Shown: positions 25,140-36,300 of the stretch, in pieces
Layout of the letters: each line of letters begins with the position of its first letter
How positions within the stretch are numbered: position 1 is the stretch's first letter
NCBI RefSeq assembly: GCF_000143415.4
Contig: NW_003314340.1
Span: forward strand, 738,161-802,160
Reading direction: 5' to 3'
Length of the DNA: 64,000 nucleotides
From: Selaginella moellendorffii
Lineage: Eukaryota > Plantae > Lycopodiophyta
Notes under the pieces: model-generated
What the model saw: the letters and a program-made list of their open reading frames with translations, nothing else
Database searches by the model: none
Told to the model about the DNA's origin: nothing
Program-made: the position numbers and the translations under genes

Positions 25140-25731
25140 TGGCATGTGGCCCTTTGCACTAGTATATCTTAATACCGGTCTGAGAAATAGAATGGCATGT
25201 GCCCTCAGGCCTTTTACTAAATCACCTTTGAAAGAAATGCAAGCCTCTATGTCGTAAAAAAAAGGTACTAGAGAAATTCCTTAATAATATGAATGTTATT
25301 TAGTTTCATGAAAATACACTAAGGGTCAAATGAGTTAAATGACTTCTCCAGACTAGCAATGCCTCTTGCTACACCTTCACAATTAGATTCGTTAGAAAAA
25401 GATAACATTGAATAATATCTAAATGTTCTCACCATTAAGTTATATGTCTGGCTAATAGGAATGACGTTCATCTTGGAAAGCTCACCACACGCTCAATGAA
25501 CAAACAAATAGTGTGTGCGCGCATGCCATCGCTCTTCTTTAGCTTCAGATTCGGCTTGTTCACCTTGACAATGAGATTTTTTATACAACCAGATGGACTC
25601 AGTCTGGACACAAAGTCACCGCGCTAGTCACCATGCCCCAGATATGTCTAGCCCCTGGACAAAAAACATATAATTTCACGTCATTTTCAAATACTTGAAA
25701 ATTTGTACCTAGTCCCATTTTACTGAATAAA

Positions 25732-25755
25732 TCCCACTTTAACGAAATAGAGCTT
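25732..25755 (-). repeat. Right terminal inverted repeat
   Basis: Exact reverse complement of 12509-12532. Confidence 0.92.
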
Positions 25756-26237
25756 ATGTATGGTACAACTCCTTTTATTCTTATTGCCAATCCTTATATC
25801 CGGTCCGAGTTCTTCCATATAAAACCTAAGGATGATGTGTATTATTGATGATCACGTTATGGTAATTGCCACATATCATTCTTAGGATGATGCTCAACAT
25901 TTGTATGAATTTCCCACATATTTCCAAGGGACAACATTGCAATAGTACAATGGTTTGAGTGCAATTATTTGTGTGGATTGGAGCATTCTCCTAAATATCT
26001 TCAAATGTGTATTTAGATATGATGACAATTGTGACGATGCCTTTTGACAATTGCATCATCTTTGTAAAAGGCTATACCATCTAAATCAATGCAATTTAGA
26101 TGCAATTTAGTATTCATTTTTGAAACTTTTTACTTCTTATGGAGCAAAATATGTTAGAGTGGATTAAGTTGGGAATGTTGTGGTTAACACTTTATTAAGA
26201 TCTTGTAAAATTTATGCATGCACTTGCTTTAGCCACC

Positions 26238-26765
26238 TGTGAATAATCAAAGAGAACAACTTAAGAGACGGTCTATGGGCTTTAAATATAGAGGGAAAGG
26301 GCCTATGAATAAGAGTGCACTCCGTTTTCCAATCGGTTAAGGGTCTTGATTGGGTCTGAATAGTACTGGGCTGAGTGACCTCTTAGGAAATCCAAATTCA
26401 TGAGTTTACATTTGGTGTCGGAGTGAGTTGAGTCCGACTCTATTGGTTGACTTAGGGGAATCACACCACATATTGATAATGACATCTGGGGGTAGGGTGT
26501 CAAGAGAGTAGGGTTCTCGGGAGAGTTGTAGCTCTTAGCTTCCGTTCATAAGGGCATGAACTTATAGGGAAACATGGTGAATTGTAAACAAATAAAGAGA
26601 ATGACTTAAAAGACAATACATGTATAAAGGGAAAGGGCCCATGAATAAAAGTGCACCCCTTTTCCAATCAGTTAAGGTTTTAAGATATTTAGGGTTAAGT
26701 GTTCTTGGGTTTGAATAGTACTAGTTTGGGTGACCTCCCAAGAAGTCCAAATTCAGGAGCTTACA
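26238..26765 (+). mobile_element. Cassandra-like TRIM with 5S rRNA-derived LTR cores
   Basis: TG..CA LTRs at 26238-26410 and 26583-26765; CCACC TSD on both sides; PBS TGGTGTCGGAG (iMet-like). The LTR core GTTAAGTGTTCTTGGGTTTGAATAGTACTAGTTTGGGTGACCTCCCAAGAAGTCC resembles the plant 5S rRNA internal control region. Confidence 0.85.
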
Positions 26766-27099
26766 CCACCCTTAACAATGCTCTTTGCTTGATATAATAT
26801 TATGAAATATTGCCTTTTCCACTTTTCGCTGCATATCCTTCCTATGGGAAATGAACCTATTCCAATGGACTACTACTGTCCAAGTTCAAGGATAAAGGCA
26901 ATGACGTGGTTGTGACCATGATGTCTGCTATTGGGTATGTGATGAAGTTGGTTAAACTTATCAACGTTGTTAGTGTTTTTTGGAATGGCAAACTTCATTT
27001 CCTAAATAGAAACCTTGGCATCAATAATGTTTTATTGGTGCTCTTGCAATAGAAGGTTTGAATATTGAGATGCTTCTAGAAAATAAAGGGTCATACGAG

Positions 27100-27895
27100 T
27101 AGTGAAGGGTCCTTGTGCAAATAAGTTAGTGCCCTCCATTTTTCTTTCTAGAGTATTATCAAGGGGTTCATTTGGCACCTATTCATTTAGTGTTTACTTT
27201 CCAAATTTATTTTTATTCCAAAAGGTTTCCTATTATTTTCTCTATGTTGAATGATATAAACTCAAATTAATCTTCCATTACTTAGCCTATTGCTAGATAT
27301 TGCCATCTACATTTGCATTGTGTGGTAGAGTTAATTTTCAATCTTTATGGCAATAGCCGTACATACGCATGTGCTTGGGATGAGGTAGACCTAGTTGTGC
27401 ATATGGGCAATCTCAAACTTGAGTTATAGTCATTGTAGCTAGTGATAAGTCAAACTTTTGGCCTCATATTTGTTATGGATTAGTTGCGGCACAAGTTAAA
27501 TATGACGTTAAGGCTTCTCCCCTTTTAAAAGTATCATCAAGGGGTTCACTCGGCACCTGTTTATTTAGTGTTTATTTTCCAAGTTTGTTTTAATTATAAG
27601 AGTTCTCCTATTATTCTCTCCATGTTGATTGATATATACTCGAGTTTATTTTTTATTGCTTAGCTTGTTACTACATATTGCTATTTATATTTACGTTATG
27701 TGGCAGAGCTAGTTTTCATTTTATATAGCAATGGCCGTACACATGCATGTGCATAGGATGAAGTAGACTTAGTTGTGCATTTGGGTGATCTTGAGCTTAA
27801 ATTGCAGTCATTATAGGTGGTGTCAAGTCAATTTTTTGACATCATCTTTGGTATATACTAGTTGTAGTGCAATCATGCCAAGTATGACTTTGAAA
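27100..27895 (+). repeat. Diverged ~370 bp tandem duplication within the decayed gypsy element
   Basis: ~27140-27510 resembles ~27520-27890 (AGTAT.ATCAAGGGGTTCA.T.GGCACCT...). Confidence 0.7.
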
Positions 27896-29663
27896 CTTCC
27901 TTCCCTTATCTAATACTTCCTTATATTTCTTCTATTCTTTTCACTTCTGTTTTTCTTCATTTTTTTATTTTACCTTTGCTTCCATTAGTTTTGTCTCCCT
28001 ATTACTTTCTCCTATGTTTCTATTTTATTCCTTTATTCCCTCTTTAGATCTCTTCAACAATCTTTGTATTGGAGTAGTTGACTAGCTCATAAAAGTGTAT
28101 GTTGATCTCTTTAAATTTGATTTATTATCTAGGGCTAAGATTGCAATATGTTATCATATTCTAATTAGGGATACGTGTCCAATTAAGGTTCCTATTTGTC
28201 ATTAGTCACTAAAAGAGATCAATATTTTACTTGGAAATATCAAGGAAATATTTAAAAGTTGTAGAGTCTTTGGGCATATGAACCTCATTTTGTGATGAAG
28301 CCTAATAAGAGTATTTGTTTTTGCATTAACTATTGTTCATTAAACAAAGTGATAATCCCAAATGTGTACCCTCTTCCTCACATTGCTATTATCCTAGATT
28401 GTATGGGGAGAAGTTGTTAATTTATCAAGTTAAATTTTCCTTTTGGGTAATAAGTGTTGATGGTTAAGGAATATATTCCCAACACTAATTTTTATACACC
28501 ATTTAATTTATATGAGTTCTTAGTGATGTTATTTGGTTTAAACAATGCTCCAATGATTTTCTATCGAATGATGGACGAGATTATGTGCGATATGCCAAAA
28601 GTGACTATTAACTTCATTGATGATGTCTTAATTCATTTGAAGGGGATGTGAGAAGAACACATTTGTGATGTTTATAAGGTATTTGATGGGCAAGAAGTTG
28701 TTTTAAAGATAAAGTGATCAAAGTGAGTGTTTTAGGTCTAAGTCCATTTGGAGAAGATCATTACTGTGTAAAAGATTTGAGTGTCTTGCAGTATATCCCA
28801 GATACAATATTCTATGCATTAAGTTCCCTACTCCAAAGTGTGTGAATGACATGTAATGCTTCTTAGGCAAGGATGTATAGTGTGTATTACAATATCTTGG
28901 CCATTTCGTTAAGCATCTTTTTTATTGTATTGCACCATTGAAAGCATAGTGTAAACGATTAAATTTTCCATTCTACTTTAATCATTTAACCACACTTTTG
29001 ACCATTTGGAGGAGTCTTATCACAACCTTTATAAATCCTATTCTGGACTTGAGGACTTGCTAACCTCGAGAATGGTATCCATGCCACTCAACCTTTGCAT
29101 TTGATCTAAGTGCTTCATGTGTTTGATCCCATGACTGATACCCAAAAGTACCATTGGCATATTAGCCCATTATGCTAAAGCCATACCCATTCACCTTTAT
29201 CACATCGATGATCTAACACCATCTACATCACTATCCTGTTTCTCAAAAATTGGCCATCCATCTATAAGCGATCATCCTAGATTCCCTCTTTAGCATCTTT
29301 AAGATGCCTGTAGACATGGGGAACAACCTTCTTTAGTATCCCTTTTTTGATCCCCATCAAGTCCCTTTTTGTCTACGGCTATGTTCGCCAACATTGCCAC
29401 TAAGTCAAGGCCCACAGACTCGACCCCTAGGGACTTCCTCACCATATGATTGTATCTTTAGTCTCTACACTAGAGAACTACTCTTTTTCCTTTCCACAGT
29501 CTGGGACTTTAGGACAACATTTTGGAACACCGTGGCCTTATGCAAACCTTATAAGTACTTTCCCCACCTTCCACCTTTGGGTGCTCTAGCCATATGACTA
29601 AAGCGAGGTTCTAATGAGCTGCATTAGGTATCCAAGTAGGTAGTGCCACCCACACTTGGATTG

Positions 29664-31333
29664 TGTGAGACACAAATCCCTAATCCCCAAAATGGAGCCA
29701 AAAGGGTGCCACGTGGTAGTGGCCAAAGTGAAAGCCAAATGAGCATAACACATTTGGACTAAAAGCTTTGACTTGAAAGGTCGAGAGTGGGAGTGGAACC
29801 CCCAACAAAGTGCTCAAGGAACAAGCACCAAAAGAGCAATAAGTGAGTCTCTAAAAAAGGGACATAAGAGGACCAACACATGAGACGTGGAAGAGTCCAA
29901 GATGGACTTGAGATGGAATCTAAGATGGTCCGAGATAGATTCGAGATGGAGTTTGAGATGGACCCGAGATGGAGTCTGAGATGGACCCAAGATGGACCCC
30001 AACTAGAGTCCAAGATGAAGTCTGAGATGGACTCGAGATGGATTCCGAGATGGACCCGAGATAGAGTCTGAGATGGACTCGAGATGGATTCCGAGATGGA
30101 CCCGAGATAGAGTCTGAGATGGACCCGAGATAGAGTCCGAGATGGACCCGAGATGGAGTCCGAGATGGACCCGAGATGGAGTTCGAGATGGACCCAAGAT
30201 GGAGTCCGAGATGGAGTCCAAGATGGACCCGAGATGGAATCCAAGATGGAGTCTGAAAAGGATCCGAGACAGAGTTCGAGGTCGAGACCGAGACTGGGAC
30301 CGGGACCGAGACCAAGGCCAAGACCTAGGCCGAGACCTAGGCTGAGGCCGAGTTTGAGTCCGAGTCCGAGTCTGAGTCCAAGTTCGAGTCCAAGGGTGAA
30401 AGCCTAAAGTGTTCGTCTCCCAGACCCTAGGGGGTTTGGTGAGCTCCAAAAGTATAGTAGCGGGGAAAACTCCAATAGAGCCAGTTTGGCCCAAGAAGGC
30501 TATACCCAAGTGTTGGTTGATGGGATAACCATTGGGAAGTCCAAGGCTAGAGTGAATACGGATTGATAAGCGGGGTAGCTTGGTGAAGTGTTCAAGAACT
30601 AGCTCTAGTTCCCCCGGGAGATCGAATAGCCCATGCTCCCAATCCAAGTGTGGGTGGCACTACCTACTTGGATACCTAGTGTGGCTCAATGGAACCTTGC
30701 TCTAAGCCCATGGCTAGAGCACCCAAAGCCGGAGGTGGGAAGAGTGCCCATGAGGCTTGTGTAGGGCCACGGTGTTCCGAAATGTTGTCCCAAAGTCCTA
30801 GACTATGGAAAGAAAGAGGAGTGGCCCTCTGGTGTAATGACCAATGATACAGTCATATGGTGAGGAAATCCCAGAGGACAGTGGGACTTAATGGTCGGGC
30901 CTGTGGGCTTTATCATAGGGGCAGTGTTGGCAAACACGGCTATAAACAGAAAAGGGACTTGGTAATAACTATAAAAGGGATATTGGGGAAGGCTATTCCT
31001 TATATTTGCGGACATCTTAAGGATGTTAAGGAGTGGACCTAGGATGGTCACTCATGGATGGATGGCCTAGTTTTTGAGAGACGAGATTGCAATGTAGGTG
31101 GTGTTGGACCACTAGTGTGACCAAGGTGAATGGGCATAACGTTAGCATAACAAGCAAGTATGTTGGTGGTACCTTGGGGTGTCGGTCATGGGATTGGACA
31201 TATGGAGCACTTGGACCAAGTGCAATGGTTGTAAGTCCAGAATAGGACTTATAGAGGTTGTGAGTGAAACTCCTCCAAGTGGTTGAATGTGTGGTTAAGT
31301 GACTAAATAGAATGGAAAAATTAATCATTTACA
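29664..31333 (-). mobile_element. Solo LTR (family A') inserted in inverted orientation into a same-family LTR
   Basis: TG..CA ends; GATTG TSD (29659-29663 and 31334-31338); 30641-31333 is the inverted homolog of 28950-29660; contains a GAGATGGA(CCC/GTC) 12-mer array at ~29895-30260. Confidence 0.8.
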
Positions 31334-31809
31334 GATTGGGAGTGTCAACCATTCGATCTCCTAGAGGAGCTAAAGCCGACTCTTCAATACTTCACCAAAC
31401 TATTCTGTTTATCTGTCTATATTCACTCTAACCTTGGACTCCTCAATGGTTATATCATCACCCAACACATGGATATAACCTTCCTTAGTCACACTAGCCT
31501 TTCCAAGCCAAATTGGCTCCACAAGAGTCCTTCCCCTACTATACTTTTGGAGTTCACCAAACCCCCAAAAGATGAACACTTTGGGCTTTCATCTTCGAAT
31601 TCGGATTACTCTCAATCTCGGTCTCAATCTTGACTTTAGACTCTATCTCAGGTCCATCTCCGACTTGACCTCAGACTCCATCTCGGGTCCATCTCAAACT
31701 CCATCTTGTATCCATCTCAAATTCCATCTCGGACTCCATATCAAATCCATTTCGAACTTTATCTTAGATCTATATTGAACTCCATCTCAGACTCCATCTT
31801 GGATTGCTT

Positions 31810-32985
31810 TGTAAGCCACAAATTTTTCTTTTCCACTTTGCCAGCTTACCTCGCCTATCCGTCCAACACTGCCTTGGCTTTTGCTAAGTTCCCTCGCCAA
31901 GGTTCCCGCCTATGGTACCAGCTCCTACTTGGTTTCAGCTACTCACTGCACGAGTAACGGAGTGTTAGCCATCCTTCCATGGATTCCCAAATCACTCCCA
32001 ATCCCCCTCCCCGGGTTAGACTGGACTTAAGGTTCGGCTACACTCCCCGCAAGCACAAGCAGCCAATCACACCAAGCTTCCAGGTTCCTAACATCCCTTG
32101 GTACCACAAGACTTGATCATGGGACCCTCTAAATCCCAAGTCTTGAGTGCAACACTTGCTTCGGGACGCCGGGGCGAAACACCGTGGCCTAGCAGCTCGG
32201 TATGGGTACCTCTCGCCCCCCACTTCCATCCCGAAGGAAGGCCCAAGCCCCTAGGAAGGGCGAGGACCAATGAGCCGCATGGTACTCAAGTGGGGCACCA
32301 CTCCACATGAGCCGGGAGCACCGCAATCAGTTTCCCTTTCGGGAGTGGGAGCTGCTCTTGAGCACTTCCTTGGATGGCCCCTCCGGCACCAGCCAAGTCC
32401 ATGCTCACTCCCACCCAAGGCCCCTCGGTCCCAGTCCCAACCTCAAGTCGGTTTGGAAGCCCAACTGGAGAGTCCCTTCAAAACTGGTTCCTGGACCTCA
32501 CTATCCCTGCTATACTTTTGGAACCCCCTGCAGCCCCCCCCCCCCCCCCTGGGACACGCACGCTTTGGGCTTTCACCCCTTGACCCGTATTAGTATTTGG
32601 ACTTAGTCTCTGGCTCGATCTCGGACCCGATTTCGGATCCGACTTCGGATTCGGGTTCGGACTCGATCACGGACTCGATCTCGGACCCGATCTCGGACCC
32701 GACCTCGGACCCGATCTCGGACCCGACCTCGGACTCGACCTCGGACTCGGTCTCGGACCCGATTTCGGATCCGGACTCCGTCTCGAACTCGGTCTCGAAC
32801 TCGGACTCGAACTCGGTCCCCGAGTCGGTCTCGGACTCGATTCCGGACTCTATCTCGAACTCGGTCCTAGAGTCGGTCTTGGACTCGATCCTCGACTTGG
32901 TCCCATCCGATGAACTCTTTGTCACTTCGGTCAAGCTTTTGGGGATCCTTTAGCCTACGACATCTCGGGGAGTCGGTTCCTTACA
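31810..32985 (-). repeat. 3' LTR (1176 bp) with TCGGAC/TCGATC hexamer array
   Basis: Direct repeat of 37934-39083. Confidence 0.95.
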
Positions 32986-33388
32986 ACTCCACCACCCATA
33001 GAAGAAGTTCGATGCCCACATCGAACGTCTCGTTTTATCCTACGACTTGTTGTCCATGTCTCCGGGGGCATCCCCCCACTTAGCGGTGTGCCTAAGTTAG
33101 CCTCCCCGGCCAAGAGCCCATGACAACGGAATATAGGTGTCCCTATACTCCTCACCTCACCACGCCCTAGTATAGGGTCGGGACTTGAACCCAGCCTTGC
33201 TTTACTAGGGGGTTGGGACTCGAACCCAACCTCCGTAGAATACGTCTACGGATTCGACATCCCCGCAGGGAGTCGGGCGTAGTGCCCTACGCCTGGTCGA
33301 CCTATCCAACCCATGCTAATTAGCTTACCTTTGGCGCGCCTTCGGGTCCCAACATATGCCATTTGCTCAACTTTGCAAATTGATATTT

Positions 33389-36300
33389 TTAATTGAATTT
33401 TGCATAAGTACATAAAGTTCTGCCTTGCAGAAATTCCTCCACTAGATCTCGTGCGTTCGCTAGGTTCTCCTCCGGTTCCCATGTTACTTCGCAGTGTGGA
33501 AATCCTTTCCACTTCACATGGAACTCTCTCACCTTGCGTCCTTGTCGCTTGCTCTTGCGCGCATTGAGGATGGCCTCGACTTCGTATTCCTCTTCCCCTT
33601 GGATAACCTCAGGTAAAGGTCTCACTTGGTCCTTGCGAAGCGGATCCTCAAAGTACGGCTTGAGTAAGTTCACGTGGAACACTAGGTGCATCTTCCCCAT
33701 CTCTCGAGGAAGTCGGAGTCGGTAAGCCACTTTACCGATTCGTGCCTCAATTTCATAAGGCCCCGTGAACCTGCTTAAGGAACTCAAGATCAATTCATTT
33801 ACAGGAATACATGCGTCTTTACCTTTGGGTCAACTTTCGGCTGATCCAGCTTGGTAGTCTGAGGTTCTTGGTGTTCAGCCACACCTTCTCCCCAGCTTGG
33901 AACTCCACATCCCGACGCTTTTGGTTCGCGTACTTAGTTTGCCTTTGTTGAGCCCGTTCCAAGGAATCCCTCACTAGATTCCAAATGTTGAGTCTTTCCG
34001 CCGTGAATGCCTCCACTGCGGGTAACTCTCCATGATACTCGGCCACGCCGAGTTCCACAGGACCTTCAATAGCTCGCCCATTGATGACTTCCCATGGACT
34101 CACCCCGATGCTTGAGTGTGGTGAGTTGTTATAACACATTTCCGCAAGTCCCAAATGACTTACCCAGTCGGTCTGGTCTCCCGAGACATAGCATCGCAAA
34201 TAATCCTCCAGCTGCCTATTCACCCTTTCCGTTTGTCCGTCTGTCAAGAAGTGTTAGTGCCATCAATCTTGACTTAATACCCATTACCTGTCTGTGGGTG
34301 ATAGGCTGTGCTGAATTTCAATTTGGTGCGATACTGTTCTAGGAGTGTCCTCCAGAACCTACTAGTGAAGATCTTATCTCGATCTGAGATAATCTCTTCC
34401 GGCCTTCCCCACACTCGAACCACTTGTTCAAAGAACAGCTTCGCCACACCTTCCGCATCCACGTCCGTTGTGGTGGGTATGAAATGTGCCATCTTTGAAA
34501 ATCGGTCCACCACCATGAATATCGCATCGAACCCCTCGCTTGGGGGTAGTCCCGTGATGAAGTCCATCGTAAGACATTTCCACGGGCGATCTGGAATTGG
34601 GATGCTTTACAACAAGCCCCCACTAGCCTTAGTCACGGCTTTGACCTGCTGACATGTTGGACATGTCTTTACATAGTCTTGGACGTCCTTAGCCATATCT
34701 GGCCAATGGTACTTCCTCTTGAGTAAGCCCATCGTCTTGGGCACTCCGCCGTGTCCCGCAAGAGGTCCGTCATGACACTCTTCTAAGGCCACTTTCCTTA
34801 GTTCCCCTTCTGGAACATACACCCTCGTTTGCTTGTAATAAATGAGTCCGTTGCGTTCCGCATAGCCCGTTTTCTCTTCCGTTGGCGGCTCACCTCTCTG
34901 GTGAGCTTCCCACGCCTCTAGATTCCTCAGCAACACTTCTTGTGCTAGACCATCGTTCTCATATGCTGTCCGCACATTGTCCCAGAAGGTTGCTGTTGCG
35001 CTGGATATTGCCAACTTCAAGCTCGCTTTTCGACTTAGCGCATCCGCCACGATGTTGCTCTTCCCAGGCTTGTACAGAATTTCGCAATCAAACTCGGCCA
35101 AAGCATTAGCCCACCGACCTTGTTTCCCTCTTAGGTCGGGCTGTGACAAGAAGTGTTTCGTTGCCACATTGTCCGTGTAAACCTTGAAGTGTCTCCCAAG
35201 GTAGTGTCGCCACTCCTTGAGTGCCTTGACCACCGCAAACAATTCCTTCTCATGGGCAGGCCACTTCCGTTGAGCCTTGTCCAGCTTCTTCGAGAAGAAC
35301 GCTACCGGATGGTTGTCTTGCTTCAGAACTGCGCCCAACGCAAAGTCCGAAGCATCCGTTTCTACCTCAAAGTCCTTACCAAAGTCTGGCAATGCCAATA
35401 CGGGAGCCTTCCTCAACTTCCCTTTGAGGTGGACAAATGCCGCCTCGCATTCTACTGTCCATACCATCTTCCCTTTTCCTGTTTGGTCCGTTAAGGGCAG
35501 GGCTACTCTCGAATAGTGTCTGATAAACTTTCGATAGTAGTTGCATAGCCCCAGGAACGCCCTCAACTCATGTACATTCGATGGTCGCTCCCATTCCTGG
35601 ATCGCTTGGACCTTCTCCGGGTCCACCTTGAGCCCGTCCTGGCCCACCACATGCCCGAGAAACTTTACCTCTTGTTGAGCAAAGTCACATTTGCTCTCTT
35701 TAGCATACAGCTTGTGTTCCCTTAGTTTCTCAAACACCTTCGCCAAGTGTTCGGCATGCTCTTCTAGCGTCTCGCTATAGATCAGGATGTCGTCGATATA
35801 GACGACCACGAAGTGATCCAGATAGGGTACAAAGACATGGTTCATTAGCGCCGAAAACGTTGCCGGCGCATTACATAGCCCGAAGGGCATCACCAGAAAC
35901 TCAAAGCTCCCATACCTCGTTCGACAGGTTGTCTTCTCGACATCTTCCTCGGCTACCCTGATCTGGTAGTATCCTGACCTTAGGTCAATCCTCGAGAAGT
36001 ATTTTGCCTTTCCCAACCTATCGAACAGGTCCTCAATCCTTGGCAAAGGGTACTTGTTCTTCTTTGTATACTTGTTGAGCAAGCGGTAGTCTATGCACAT
36101 GCGCATAGATCCATCTTTCTTTTTCACAAATAACACCGGCGCCCCATACGGCAACTTGCTCAACCTAACATACCCTTTGTCCACCAACTCCTCTAGTTGG
36201 CACTTGAGCTCCTTGAGTTCTTTTTCGTTCAAACGATAAGGGGGACGAACCACTGCCTCAGCACCCTCGACCAGCTCAATCTTATGTTCTATCGGTCGTG

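Larger units (their letters stand above)
12509..25755. mobile_element. Large TIR DNA transposon (Sola-like), 13,247 bp, with an accessory gene
   Basis: Perfect 24 bp TIRs AAGCTCTATTTCGTTAAAGTGGGA (12509-12532) and TCCCACTTTAACGAAATAGAGCTT (25732-25755); ATGT on both flanks (12505-12508, 25756-25759); contains a DDD-type transposase ORF. Confidence 0.88.

Noticed and set aside
13972-25529. Recurrent palindrome read as a CRISPR array
   Set aside because: Spacing is irregular (tens of bp to kb), copies lie in introns and exons, no cas genes are present and the context is eukaryotic.
12508-25756. Alternative reading as a TA-TSD Tc1/mariner element
   Set aside because: TA flanks are formally possible, but a 4 bp ATGT duplication also fits and the transposase motifs are not DD34E/D-like. 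More copies are needed to settle the TSD.
26695-26750. 5S rRNA gene
   Set aside because: Only the internal promoter part is present, it is diverged, and it sits within paired LTRs, so it is a Cassandra-type mimic.
29759-30647. Ser/Asp/Arg-rich repetitive ORFs (also 32590-32953 and 38718-39032)
   Set aside because: Translations of LTR hexamer or 12-mer arrays; frames differ between the two LTR copies.
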